Assembly: GCF_001194135.2 (NCBI RefSeq)
Contig: NC_068981.1
Location: 93,475,406-93,539,405, forward strand
From: Octopus bimaculoides
Taxonomy: Eukaryota
Direction: 5' to 3'
Length of the DNA stretch: 64,000 nt
This document shows, one piece after another, positions 22,346 to 35,458 of this stretch (positions are counted from its first letter, which is position 1; each line of letters begins with the position of its first letter). Position numbers and translations under genes: made by a program. The notes under the pieces are model-generated. The model saw nothing but the letters and a program-made list of their open reading frames with translations. It did no database searches and was not told the DNA's origin.

Positions 22346-22941
22346 AATAAACTCACTATTGATGCATTGCACCTATTTATTCAGGCACCGAAAATGTGTA
22401 GAATTCAGAAATTTGCCCGTAATTTTACATTTGATATTCTGTAGTAATCATTAGTATTTTTCGCAGATTGAAGTGAATAAGAATAATATGCCTTCTGACT
22501 ATCCAATTTTGTCTTAATGAAATATTTTGAAACATACGTGATATTATATATCACGTGTGTCTGGGGGGGNNNNNNNNNNNNNNNNNNNNNNNNNNNNNNN
22601 NNNNNNNNNNNNNNNNNNNNNNNNNNNNNNNNNNNNNNNNNNNNNNNNNNNNNNNNNNNNNNNNNNNNNNNNNNNNNNNNNNNNNNNNNNNNNNNNNNNN
22701 NNNNNNNNNNNNNNNNNNNNNNNNNNNNNNNNNNNNNNNNNNNNNNNNNNNNNNNNNNNNNNNNNNNNNNNNNNNNNNNNNNNNNNNNNNNNNNNNNNNN
22801 NNNNNNNNNNNNNNNNNNNNNNNNNNNNNNNNNNNNNNNNNNNNNNNNNNNNNNNNNNNNNNNNNNNNNNNNNNNNNNNNNNNNNNNNNNNNNNNNNNNN
22901 NNNNNNNNNNNNNNNNNNNNNNNNNNNNNNNNNNNNNNNNN

Positions 22942-23011
<70 letters not shown>

Positions 23012-23289
23012 TAAATAGGGTATTATACTAAAAAAGAAACAGATGATCTATTAGTAAAACTTACATCTATATAAAAGCACATGCAGTGTAGATTATATCA
23101 TATAATGTAGACTTCATTAACTGTTACTATAGCACATGTTTAGGAATTTATTGACTACATTTCTCAATTATTATAAAACTAATTCATATTTATCAATCCA
23201 TACATCCGCCTTCACTTTACTCATATCATTGTATCAAGCAGAATGTTGTTATACACCAAAGCGCTTCCTCGAATTACTGTGACTTTCAA

Positions 23290-23490
23290 ATGATGACATC
23301 ACTACTGGATAGGTTGTCAGAGATCATACCATTCCCCCTAAACCGGATGCCAGTCCATAGCAGGTATTAGATTTACAGCTAAGGGAACTGGAGAGTAAAG
23401 TGAAATGAAACGTTTGGCTGAAGAACACAACGAACATCCGGGTTCGGTAATCGAAACCATTATCTTGCATGCAACACCGTAACTACCAGG
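23290..23490 (-). mobile_element. Degenerate tRNA-derived SINE with V-domain-like segment
   Basis: Minus: GGTTTCGATTACCG B box...TTCATTTCACTTTACTCTCCAG...CCTGCTATGGACTGGCATCCGG...GGGGGAATG. Confidence 0.5.
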
Positions 23491-23511
23491 TCACCCGTCT
23501 TCACATATTTT

Positions 23512-23550
<39 letters not shown>

Positions 23551-23936
23551 GTGCACACACACACACACGTACACAAACACACGCGCGCAAACAAACACAC
23601 AAATACACAAGCACCCTCACACACACATACACACACGTGCGCACACGCGCACATGCACACACATATATATGTATACCATGTGTATATGTTATTTATATTA
23701 TTATATGATCGAACGCCACGCATCCTTTCCCCAAGTAAGTTTTATCTTAATGTATACCAACACGCACGCACATGCACACAGACACACACACATACACATA
23801 CACACATATATAAATATATGCGTACACACATACACATACGCACACATACATATACGCACACATACACACACGCACACGCACATATATGTATGCATATATG
23901 TATATACGTGTATATACGTATACAATTTTAAACATA

Positions 23937-24231
23937 GGGTAAAAATTTAATATTAACTTTTTACCAGTGGCCACCGTGTGTACATGGAATGACTAATTAT
24001 TTTTGAATACTCTCAAATTGCTCTGGTCGCCTACATTCAACGCGCCAAAATACGAATAGGTTTTTCGTGATTTGGGATTTGACTCCCATTTCTAGCGTGA
24101 TGGAAAACCATTTAATGACTTTTCCTCATTGTATAGCTCTTATACAATCATATAATATAACATTTGCAGTCTATGGACATTCTTACTTACTCTGGCCACT
24201 GGTAAAAAAAATTAATGTTTAATTTTTACCC
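23937..24231. mobile_element. MITE with about 38-bp TIRs and TA flanks
   Basis: GGGTAAAAATTTAATATTAACTTTTTACCAGTGGCCA versus TGGCCACTGGTAAAAAAAATTAATGTTTAATTTTTACCC; TA at 23935-36 and 24232-33. Confidence 0.8.
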
Positions 24232-24233
24232 TA

Positions 24234-24656
24234 TACTCTTTACTCTTTTACTTGTTTCAGTCATTTGACTGCGGCCATGCTGGAGCACCGTCTTTAGTCG
24301 AAGAAATCGACCCCAGGACTTATTCTTTGTAAGCATAGTATTTACTCTATCGGTCTCTTTTTGCCGAACCGCTAGATTCCGGGGACGTAAACACCAGCAT
24401 CGGTTGTCAATCGATGGTGGTGGGGACAAACACAGACACACAAACACACAGACACACAAACACACAGACACACAAACACACATACATATACATATATACG
24501 ACGGGTTTCTTTCAGTTTCCGTCTACCAAATCCACTCACACGGCTTTGGTCGGTCCGAGGCTATAGTAGAAGACACTTGCCCAAGGTACCACGCAGTGGG
24601 ACTGAACCCGGAACCATGTGGTTGGTAAGCAAGCTACTTATCACACAGCCACTACT
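24234..24656 (-). mobile_element. tRNA-derived SINE family B, full length
   Basis: Head GTGGCTGTGTGATAAGTAGCTTGC...GGGTTCAGTCCCACTGCG, internal CA microsatellite, tail CAGTCAAATGACTGAAACAAGTAAAAGAGTAAA. Confidence 0.93.
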
Positions 24657-25164
24657 ATTTAAATTTTTTTAATATTTTAATTGTAAGAGTCGGGTAAATC
24701 GACAGCTAAATGATAATTCACTGCTGGTTTTACTCTAAATTTTGGTGCGCTCTTTGTGAGACTTCTTGATCTAAACTCCTCGATATATAAAGATGAAAAC
24801 TCAGTATGCAGTGTCTTGTATTTATATATCAATAGCGATTCTCGCTTGATTAATTAATTCATTAATCAATTAATTATTCAGTGTATTTAATCGGTAAGTA
24901 CGAATTACGGGAATGACTAATCATTTTTAAATTCTCTCAAATTGTTCTGCCCGCCTACATTCAACGTTCCAAAATACGAATACCTTTATCGTGGTTTGGG
25001 ATTTAAGTCCCATTACTAGCGTGATTGAAAACCACTTAATGGCTTTCCTTCATTGTATAACTCTAATACACACATATCATATACGTATACATATACGTAT
25101 ACATATACATAGATATACACACACACTGGCACATGCACACATATATACATACTCACACATTAAT

Positions 25165-25306
25165 AATAGATAGAAGCATGTTAAGGAGTTTGTGCCCCGA
25201 CCACATGGCTCCAGGTTCAGTCCAATTGCGTGACACTAAGGGAGAATATCTTCTACTATAGCTTAGTTGCGTCCAAAGCCAACGTGGGTGGATTTCGCAA
25301 ATGCAC

Positions 25307-25308
<2 letters not shown>
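25165..25308 (+). mobile_element. SINE family B 5' half, degenerate
   Basis: CCACATGGCTCCAGGTTCAGTCCAATTGCG...TCTTCTACTATAGC...CCAAAGCC..GTGGGTGGATTT. Confidence 0.7.
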
Positions 25309-25393
<85 letters not shown>

Positions 25394-26302
25394 CGTGTAA
25401 GTATGTACGGATTCATGGACTCATCTCCTCCCTTCTCTCTCATTTTCTACCTATGTATGTGTGTGTGTGTGTGTGCGTGTATTTACTTACGAATTTTCTG
25501 TTGAATACTTAAATGTACCACTTGTACTGTCACTTCTTTGTATAGGCCAAACATTTCATAACATATAATTTACTACTACAGCTAGAGAGAAACACCAAAT
25601 AACAAATGGGTGTTAGGAACGTATGAGGCATATCAGCGGGAATAACAACGCAATGTAGGCGGCTTCATCCCCTGAAAGTTTGGTTAGTGTTGTGGCTTTT
25701 GTCTACATATTTTACGTAATCAAACTATTTCTAGGAACGAAGTTCGCCATGATGATCCGCTTTCTAGATATTATCTTATGAATTATTTACATCTTTGACC
25801 TTCCATACATATAATCTATATTTATGTCTCTTTCATAGTTTCATATTTCATTTGTTTGTATCGTTAATATTTGTACTGCTGCTTTTGTTGTTTAGCATTT
25901 TATCGGAAGATAAAGTAGAACCTCCTGTCGTTTGGTGACTTCTTTTTTATTCTCTTCTAACACGTTTCTTGCTGTTGGTGATACGACTTATTTCAATTTA
26001 AATTCTTTTTATTATTGTATTATTTTTATGAGGCGGAGGGGGCTTTTTGTTATGCATCTGGTCGGCCATATTTACAGAATACATATGTTTTGCTTTGTTT
26101 TCGGGAGTTTATTGTTTTTACTGGTTTCTATTTTCTCCTCCTGTATGTTGAATTGCACACACACACACACACACACAAACACAAACACTAATACAAACGT
26201 ATTCATATATGCGTGTGCGTGTCTATGCGTGTGCGTGTCTATGCGTGTGTATGTATACATGTATATATATTTATGCTTACACACATTGTACAACTACGCA
26301 CG

Positions 26303-26350
<48 letters not shown>

Positions 26351-26786
26351 CACACACGCATACATACATACATACATAATTTTGCACACGCACGCACGCA
26401 CACATCTCAACGTAGGTAAATTGTTTAAAGTTCACGTAAGTGCGAGTTTATAGCTTTGAGCTAATGGCGCCATCTTGCCATCGAAATTCCAATCGTTTGT
26501 CTATCATCACATGCAATTATTTCTCGTTTAAACTGAACGTTTTTCTAAATAAAATGTTTTTGTAGGCATCCCAATAGTATATCAGAGAAACATGGGTTGC
26601 TATCTCGTAACAATTTCGAAAAATTGTTGTTGGTGGTTTTCTTTTCTTTACCAACTGACGGGGATAATTCGTTTCTAAAAGATATAAGCTATCCTATATA
26701 TTTATCCTATCATTATAAACAATGAACATTTGTATGCATGCGCTGGTAAATATGCATATTTGTGTGAATGAGTGTGAGTGCATAAT

Positions 26787-27210
26787 GAATGTCCCAGGTA
26801 GCTTGATGGCCCAGTAAACTACAAATGCGAGGCTCGATCCTCGCACACACGCACGCACGCATATACGAGGGGTTGCTGAAAAGTTCCTGGCTCTAAGAGT
26901 ATCGCGAAAGGCCTGGTTGGAGACCCAACCTATCAAGTTCCTTTACAGGGTTCAGTAAACACTGAATGCCCCAGGCAGCTCGACGGCCCGGTAAAGTATA
27001 ATTGCGAGGCTCGATCCTCACACACACCCACATACATGTACGAGGGGCTGCTGAAAAGGTCCTGGTTCTAAAGTTATCGCGAAAGGCCTAGATGGAGGCC
27101 CAACCTTCCGATTTCCTTTACGGATTTCAGAAAAACTGCTGTAAGTGTGTGAATCTTAGAGGAGAATATGTTGATTACAATCATAACTGATCCTCCTGTA
27201 TTTTCTCATG
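26787..27210 (+). mobile_element. Tandem duplication (177-bp period) containing mariner-type MITE left ends
   Basis: TA-CGAGGGGTTGCTGAAAAGTTCCTGG at 26864 and TACGAGGGGCTGCTGAAAAGGTCCTGG at about 27039, each preceded by CCCAGG.AGCT.GA.GGCCC...GCGAGGCTCGATCCTC. Same MITE family as 53080-53251. Confidence 0.8.
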
Positions 27211-27319
27211 TATTAAGTTTATATTTAAATATATTATATTCAATATATTATATTCAATTATATTGAAAGTCAAATCAGAAACCAGAAACCAGCTTTATTA
27301 TAATCGTTATTTATGACTT

Positions 27320-27527
27320 GAGCTTGCAGAATCGTTAGCACGCTGGACGAAATGCATAGCGGTATTTCGCCCGTTGCTACGTTCTGAGTTCAAATTCCGC
27401 TGTGGTCGACTTTGCCATTCATCCTTTCGGTTTCGATAAATGAAGTACCAGTGAATCTCTAGGGTCGATGTAATTGACTAGGGCCCTCCCCTCAAATTTC
27501 AGGCCTTGTGCCTATAGTAGAAAGGAT
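27320..27527 (+). mobile_element. SINE family C
   Basis: GCAGAATCGTTAGCACGCTGGACGAAATGC...GTTCTGAGTTCAAATTCCGCTGTGGTCGACTTTGCCATTCATCCTTTCGG...GTAGAAAGGATTA. Confidence 0.88.
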
Positions 27528-27699
27528 TACTGTAATACTACGACCGACAAAATGTTTAGCGGGTTTACGTCCTGAGATCAACTTCCGGTGAGATCGAATT
27601 TGACTTACATTTTTTTTTTGGAGTCCATGAAATAAGTACCACTAGAGCACTGGGGGTAATATAATCGACCAACCCCACCGCTCCCCAAATCCAGAAGGG

Positions 27700-27725
27700 A
27701 TTATTATTATTATTATTATTATTAT

Positions 27726-27775
<50 letters not shown>

Positions 27776-27905
27776 ACTGTTTATTATTATCTCCCGTCTT
27801 ATCATCTTTGTCTTCTTCCTCTGCTTTTTTCTTATCTATCATCTCCGACGTGATCGATTTCTTCTTCTTCTTCTTCTTCTTCTTCTTCTTCTTCTTCTTC
27901 TTCTT

Positions 27906-27936
<31 letters not shown>

Positions 27937-27955
27937 TTCTTCTTCTTCTTCTTTT
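27700..27955. repeat. (ATT)n(AGT)n and (TTC)n trinucleotide runs
   Basis: Directly visible; source of the poly-K/poly-F/poly-L ORFs. Confidence 0.95.
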
Positions 27956-28269
27956 TCTCTCCATCTTCCCTTTTCGTCTTGCACGTATATACACAAATAT
28001 GCACGCATACATAAGTACATACGTTCACACACACGAATACACACACACATACATAAATACATATATATAAATAGATAGATGGATACATAGATATGTGAGT
28101 GTATATATATATATATATACGTTTATATATTCGTTTTGCAAGATTCTTGGTGTGAATTCGTGTGTTGAAACAGATATTGCTGTATTTGGAGATGGTCTGT
28201 TGCCAGATAAGCCAATAAAAGACACACCCACTATATATTTGATGTTCACTTACTTCAGCTTTATTTTAT

Positions 28270-28329
28270 ATTAATTGTATTTCGGCCAGAGATCTTTCGT
28301 TACACTTCTGTGACCTCATCAATGGTGCC
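28270..28329 (-). ncRNA. Degenerate hammerhead-like half motif
   Basis: UUGAUGA GGUCACAG...CUCUGGCC GAAA; stem II is good, stems I and III are not recoverable. Confidence 0.3.
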
Positions 28330-28478
28330 TTGCTTTCCTCTGTCTGGCTGTTTTTCTCTCTACAAAACGGAAAGTTACATTGCGGAACAATCATTTTAAC
28401 AAGTTGTATTTATTTATTTTTCACGCGACGAGCTACATCTGCACCACCGGATGCTCCTGAACCAGTTGTTGAGTGTCG

Positions 28479-28523
28479 CACCTAGGAGGAATCGATGCTA
28501 GATGTGTCGAAACAATTGTCGTG
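28479..28523 (+). ncRNA. Degenerate minimal hammerhead-like motif
   Basis: CAC CU-AGGA G...C GAAA CAAUUG UC GUG: perfect ACAAUUGU palindrome and GUC triplet, but G5 is missing; followed by AATAATAAA. Confidence 0.45.
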
Positions 28524-28648
28524 ATTAATAATAAATTCTCGTATATTCCATCTTCTGTCTTTCATTTATTATATACCTAACAATCACTGTGAAAGTGACC
28601 GTGCTTTACCAGTAAGCTACCAGGTGTAAACCATTCGTTTAATTATCC

Positions 28649-28699
<51 letters not shown>

Positions 28700-30701
28700 G
28701 CACATTTAAAATAATTGAAGACTAATTAATGAATTATCTCAGAAGTGATACGATATCATCGACTTCGCCCAAATTTCTGAGGTATTTTAACCTATTTTCA
28801 ATGTAATTTAAACTCTTCCTAACTAGACCTAGGAAACAGAGTTCGCAGGTGTGTTGAACCTCGAAGAACATTATTGATAATGTCCTATTTCTAAGTTAAT
28901 TACCTGTTATAATTCTTCGATAGACATACCCACCCAATGTATGGTTTCATTGAGCGATTAGCTCTCAGATTTTATCACACAACACTGATCAATCAGTGCA
29001 GCATAATTCAACGTACGTTAATTGAAAATATTTGACGAGATTTTTCTGAGATTTTAAACAAGAACAGTTATGATAGAAGTTAAGTACGAGTCTAATCCAT
29101 TCTTAATGAAGCCTAGACATTTGACATTAAAGCTAAGGATTAGAATGTTTCATGAAGCGAATGACTTTACAAATTGCAGTTCTTCTGGAGATAATTATAA
29201 TCGGTTGAGAAAATCTGGAGAAATATCGTCGTAGGTGTAGTATCGTAGATATGGAAGAGTATCGGTGGTGTTTAGATATCAGAGAACAGGTCTTAAATTA
29301 AGATTATAAGATCAATACTTTGCACGTTGAAAACGTCATTGTATCTGTCAATGTCATTAATGCGCCAGCTGCAAGATTATTCCAACTGGAAAAGTTATAT
29401 TAAGAGGAAAGTTTTGTAATTAGGTTTCAGAACATATCACAGTTCTGTTTTGACCCTGTTTCATTTGCCAGCTTCAATCTTCCAATTCGCTGTTGAAGCT
29501 GGTGGAAATTTCAGTAATGTGTTTAGAGAAATGATCCATATTATTTCTTGTAGTGATTATAGTAAGATTATCTATAAATTATATTATTATTGTTTGTGCA
29601 TGAGTATCTGTGGTGTGAATTTGTGTTTCTGTCTGTATATGTATTTGTTTCTTTCTGTGTATAACTGCATGTGAAGCAACAAATTCAACAAATTTAACAT
29701 GAATTCTATTCCGTCCCTTAATAACAGTAAACAAACAATCAATACAAAAACATTTATGTAGGCTTGTTTTATTTGCTTGCTTTTATCCCTGAGGCGCGAT
29801 CTACAAAGTGTATGAAATAAATCTCTAAAGAGGTGACTCAGGAACCCAGTTTTATTTACCCATTGTTGCCGTTTCCAGTCATTTGTACTATAGAAGTCGT
29901 TGAGAAATATATGGAATCGTGTGATCGTATTTTTCATTGACTTCTTGTTTATACAAGAAATTTCTTTTTCAGATGCCTTGATATTCTATATATATGATGT
30001 TACCCTATTTTTTTGCGCCTCAGTTCCGGTGTTACGAAGTCACACAAAACAAGGTGAATCCTTTTAAGGGAAGATCATATATAGAATAAATTTTGCTATT
30101 CTTGAAGGAAGAATAAAATAATTGTTTTGATTTTATTAGCTTCGGGAACTCTCTATAAACATGTCCTAAAGTGTGTGATGTGCAACTCAGGGAATGATTT
30201 TTACAGAAATGTAGTATACTCACTTGTTATAACGCATTATGGTAGATTTCGAAAATAAAAATAATAATTTGTTTATACAGCAAGACCTAGATATTTGGCC
30301 CAACTGAAAATAGAATAATTAAATTTCTGGATAATGTGTCTCAAAGACTTCCGAAGGATTTTCGTAATTTTTTTTTGTAAATGCTACATATTTTTACTGA
30401 ATACAAGTTATTAATGAGCTTATTAAAATGAAAGTGAACTAAGACGTAGAAAATAGATTAAATTCTATCTGGCTGAGTGATTCACTCTGCAATTAAAAGT
30501 TTGAAAACTGCTGTCAACTTATAATTAAAAATGTTGTCTAAGATAATAAATAGTATAACATGACTAAATTGTGATGGCTATTTTCAGTAAAATATATGGT
30601 TAGTGTTATTGTTAATAGAAGTTAATATCAGTAATTTAAAGTTTAAAAAGGGAACAATACTAATAAATGGACCTAGAGTAGAAAAGAATATTAAGACGGT
30701 G

Positions 30702-31200
30702 AGCTAGGAGAAACGTTAGCACGCTGGGGGAAATGCTTAGCGGTATTTTGTCTGTCTGTACCTTCTGAGTTCAAATTCCGCAAAGGTCGACTTTGCCTTT
30801 CATCCTTTCGGAGTCGACAAATTAAGTACCAGTTGCACAATGGGGTCGATCTACTCGACTGGCCCCTTCCATCAAAATTTCGGGCCTTGTGCCTAAAGTA
30901 GAAAAGAATCGTTAGCACACCAGGCAAAATGCTTTGCGGCATTTCGTCTGTCTGCACATTTTGCGATAGACACACAATTATGTCTTTGTTTATACTATTT
31001 GGGTACCTAGTTTGTATGGGATTTACTCATAAATAGGCTTCTGATTAGTGCCTTTTGTCAATAGTTTCATGATATTGCCTTTCCTTTCATCCATTCGGGG
31101 GTAGATAAAGTAAGTACCAGTTGAACACTGGGGTCGATGTAATCGACTAGCACCCTCCCCCAAAATTCCTGAACTTGTGCCAAAATTTGAAGCCAATATT
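30702..31200 (+). mobile_element. Two consecutive SINE family C copies, the second interrupted by a 125-bp foreign segment
   Basis: Full copy 30702-30908; second head 30908-30960; body resumes at about 31085-31200. Confidence 0.8.
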
Positions 31201-32286
31201 CCTCGATATACATCAGTATTATTTCCTCAGAAGAATACTGGTAGTTTTAACGAAACATATATACTATTTCATTTATTAAATCCTCATTGTTTTTAAAAGT
31301 TTCTCAACGAAGGATTCATTGCATCTAATCGATTAAATATAATGGATCTTCCTGTAGTTTTGGATACCTAGTTTGTAGGGTTTTACTCATAAACAGGCTA
31401 CTGATTGGTGCCTTATGTCAATAGTTTCATGATATTGCCTTTCCTGTTGTTATATATTACTCCTGGGAATTTGGTTATCTAAGAGATTTTTCTTTCTGTT
31501 ATTCTATATAAGTTAATGTCCTCCTAGTATTGTTTTCCGGTTACTTTTCGATATTATATTCAAACTCCCTTCTTTATTGTTATAGCGTAATCTTTGTGTG
31601 AACATTAGCAATTACGGTTCTCTCAATATCTTATGAAATAGAGATTTGTTTCAACTTTCAACTTGCGATCGACAAACAATTGTGTCTTTGTTTATACTTT
31701 TGCAATAAATATTGCAAAAGTCCATTTATAGATTTATTCCTGGCATTCCAATACTTTGTCTACATTTTGGTGACATGTCTCTAGTCAAAATATTAACTCT
31801 ATATTCTTTTCACCACACTGTATTCTCCTATATTTCTATCTCTATGGCATTAAATCTGTAACGTCATGTATGTATGTAGCCTCTCCTACATACACAAACA
31901 TACTGGATTACACCCAGAGAAGGGTCACTAGACTGCTTGATTCTCAATCACTAACGAACACGGGCGTACCGTTTCCTGGTCCACAGGCTTGCTGCGTCTT
32001 CATTCTATCGTTACTATTACTAATACGATGGTCTCTAGTTCCTTGAGCTGGCTACTTCTTGGCAACTTTGCTGCGTCGAACAATACTTTCATCGCACGTT
32101 AAATCCTTCTTCCTCAGAATATCGGCTCTCTGAAATCTCTTGTCTGTTCATGTCTTTCTTGCAGTTCTTCATCTGCAACAGGTCAAATGTAGCATTAGCG
32201 ACATCAGTTTCATCAATATCGGAGAGCTTGCAAAGCTCATGTCCTCTGCCCCTTTCTGTAAACACGGCGATTTAAAAATATCTTGT

Positions 32287-32340
<54 letters not shown>

Positions 32341-33149
32341 AAAATATATTTTCTTTTTATTCTTAAGGTGTGTTGGGAGGCATCAGTATACTTATGGAAA
32401 TTTAAGTTGGCTATGTTATCAGAGTTTGGATGCAAAAGATATTAGACATTTTNNNNNNNNNNNNNNNNNNNNNNNNNNNNNNNNNNNNNNNNNNNNNNNN
32501 NNNNNNNNNNNNNNNNNNNNNNNNNNNNNNNNNNNNNNNNNNNNNNNNNNNNNNNNNNNNNNNNNNNNNNNNNNNNNNNNNNNNNNNNNNNNNNNNNNNN
32601 NNNNNNNNNNNNNNNNNNNNNNNNNNNNNNNNNNNNNNNNNNNNNNNNNNNNNNNNNNNNNNNNNNNNNNNNNNNNNNNNNNNNNNNNNNNNNNNNNNNN
32701 NNNNNNNNNNNNNNNNNNNNNNNNNNNNNNNNNNNNNNNNNNNNNNNNNNNNNNNNNNNNNNNNNNNNNNNNNNNNNNNNNNNNNNNNNNNNNNNNNNNN
32801 NNNNNNNNNNNNNNNNNNNNNNNNNNNNNNNNNNNNNNNNNNNNNNNNNNNNNNNNNNNNNNNNNNNNNNNNNNNNNNNNNNNNNNNNNNNNNNNNNNNN
32901 NNNNNNNNNNNNNNNNNNNNNNNNNNNNNNNNNNNNNNNNNNNNNNNNNNNNNNNNNNNNNNNNNNNNNNNNNNNNNNNNNNNNNNNNNNNNNNNNNNNN
33001 NNNNNNNNNNNNNNNNNNNNNNNNNNNNNNNNNNNNNNNNNNNNNNNNNNNNNNNNNNNNNNNNNNNNNNNNNNNNNNNNNNNNNNNNNNNNNNNNNNNN
33101 NNNNNNNNNNNNNNNNNNNNNNNNNNNNNNNNNNNNNNNNNNNNNNNNN

Positions 33150-33214
<65 letters not shown>

Positions 33215-33485
33215 ATGTATATGTATATATATATATATATATATAACATTACGGAGAAGAGAAAACAAATCCAAAGGCCGATGTTTTATGTTTTCGTCCC
33301 CACTATGGTGTTCTGTCTGTCCTTGTACTGTCTCCTCTATGTTAAGGCCTGAGTGCCGAATAAAGAAAAATATACATTGTGTCGTAATACATTTTAGCTT
33401 TTAACATCATATGCCCGAAGAGAATGGTCCGTTCAAACATTCAATTTTTATTAACTTATTTAGCCTAACCATGTGATTCTATTAA

Positions 33486-33569
33486 CTCTGATGAGAGAAA
33501 TATAGAGTATTGCTACGGTTGGAGTTAGCTCGCCCATATCAACCTATATCTTTTCGAAACGGCCGTAAG
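33486..33569 (+). ncRNA. Type I hammerhead with canonical core, probable Penelope pseudo-LTR
   Basis: CU CUGAUGA GAGAAAUAUAG...CUAUAUCUUUUC GAAA CGGCCG UA AG: 11-bp stem II, perfect ACGGCCGU palindrome, GUA triplet; stem I eroded to 2 bp. Confidence 0.7.
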
Positions 33570-34134
33570 ACTTTATACATAGATTTTATACATGTTCCAG
33601 ACTCCTTATGAATCATTTTACATCCGCTTTAACATCCTCTTCATTCGGACTTCGCAAGTACATTTATGGGCTTACACTTTTATATATTTATATTTATGAA
33701 TTTTTAAGTGTAAATTTTTATATGTGTATAATTTTTATATATTTATAAATTTTCGTGTATATGCTTTTATAAATTCTTAGAAATTTTTTATATATCATAT
33801 GGATGAATGCATCTATGTATGTATTTTGTATACCATGGAGAATTTCGTTAATATGGATCGAATGAATATATACATTATCTTCTAGTATCCGAGGAAGGAC
33901 TACGTCAAAAACCTTATATTTTTACTGTATAGTTTTATCTTATAGTATTTTCTACCTTTGTTTGAGTGTTAATCCAATACTTTTACCTGTCAGCTCCCCT
34001 TGAGGTTTTGCTGATTTTCTTATTTGTATTTGCTTCGCTTTACATATATGTACGTGTTTGTGTGTGTGTGTGCATGTATATATGCATGTATATGTTTACA
34101 TATATGCGTATTAGTATGATATATATATGTGTGT

Positions 34135-34202
<68 letters not shown>

Positions 34203-35213
34203 GTATGTATGTAGATATGTATGTATGTATATTGTTTTCACGCAATATATATCTGTCAATATATATTATATATGTGTCTTTCACACAATCATTGAAATAT
34301 GTTGATGGAGGTGTTAATTTTAACATAAAAAATTAAGTGTCACGCTGTTTCTTGAAAAGAGCCAATACTGCAACAATACTATGTTATCTAAGGTTTCTCA
34401 AAAAATCTCTTGGAAGGTCTTATAAATTTTTCCAACACGCATTTTTTTGCAGATTGCTAGAGGTACCTAATGATATGTTTCTTTTCCTTAAACATCATGC
34501 ATTGTACAGCGACAGAACATATGCAGTTCTTTTTCTTTTATTGTTTCTTTCAAAATACTGTCTCCAACACATTCTTCATTTCCATTCTCCTTACTAAATA
34601 ATCTGTCATAGGCATTGGCATTATCTGTAAAAATCGATATTTTCCAAGTTGTTAAAACGACCTTGACGTCATACTGTATTGATTCTGTACGATAATTGAA
34701 TAACGATGTATATAATATTTGTATGCGTCAAAATCATTATTACATACAATTTTAACACACGTGGAATTACTAATATATATTTATTATTATTTATTGGTTG
34801 ACGCAAGAAGCTTTTTTTCTATAAAATAAAGCAGAATTATATTCGTGTGTTTGCATGCATGTGTAAGAATTCTTGTAAGTATGTATGTGTACCGATGATG
34901 CCTGTAGATACAGAAATACATTCCCATAGTTATCAAATACAAATATAAAGTTAAAACATTAGTTTCATCACCTTCTCAAGTCAAAGGTTTTTTATTTCAA
35001 CTCAGTTACATGGCTTAACGCGTATTAGCTTCATCGAGGAGTAAATATCTAAACAGCGTATAGCGAATTTTCATTAGTATCGTGGGTGAAATATAAATGC
35101 ATAAAAATGTTGCTGTGCCACTGTTGTAAAAAAAACAGAAAGAATATTTAATTTAGCAAATTTATTCATACTTATACAATCTATGTAGAATCATTTAGTC
35201 ATTCATACTTAAA

Positions 35214-35449
35214 CAGGGTGTTCAAAAAGTCTCTCCGCAGTAAGTATTTTATTGCAAAATAAATATTTATAAGATGGTATAAGGCTACAAAAGAATGTAT
35301 TAGACTTTACAAGACTTAAAACAACTTTATAAGAGGTGTTGAAAGTGTCATCTTGCATTTTCAATACATAAGTTGACTCTTCTACACATGTTTTGAAATA
35401 CATCTTGGAGAGAAAAAATGCTCTGCAGAGAGACTTTTTGAGCACCCTA
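35214..35449. mobile_element. Tc1/mariner-type MITE
   Basis: CAGGGTGTTCAAAAAGTCTCTCCGCAG versus CTGCAGAGAGACTTTTTGAGCACCCTA; TA on the right. Confidence 0.8.
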
Positions 35450-35458
35450 TATAACATA

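Noticed and set aside
33875-33920. CGAGGAAGGACTACGTCAAAAACC as a decayed hammerhead
   Set aside because: Several core positions are missing; unsupported
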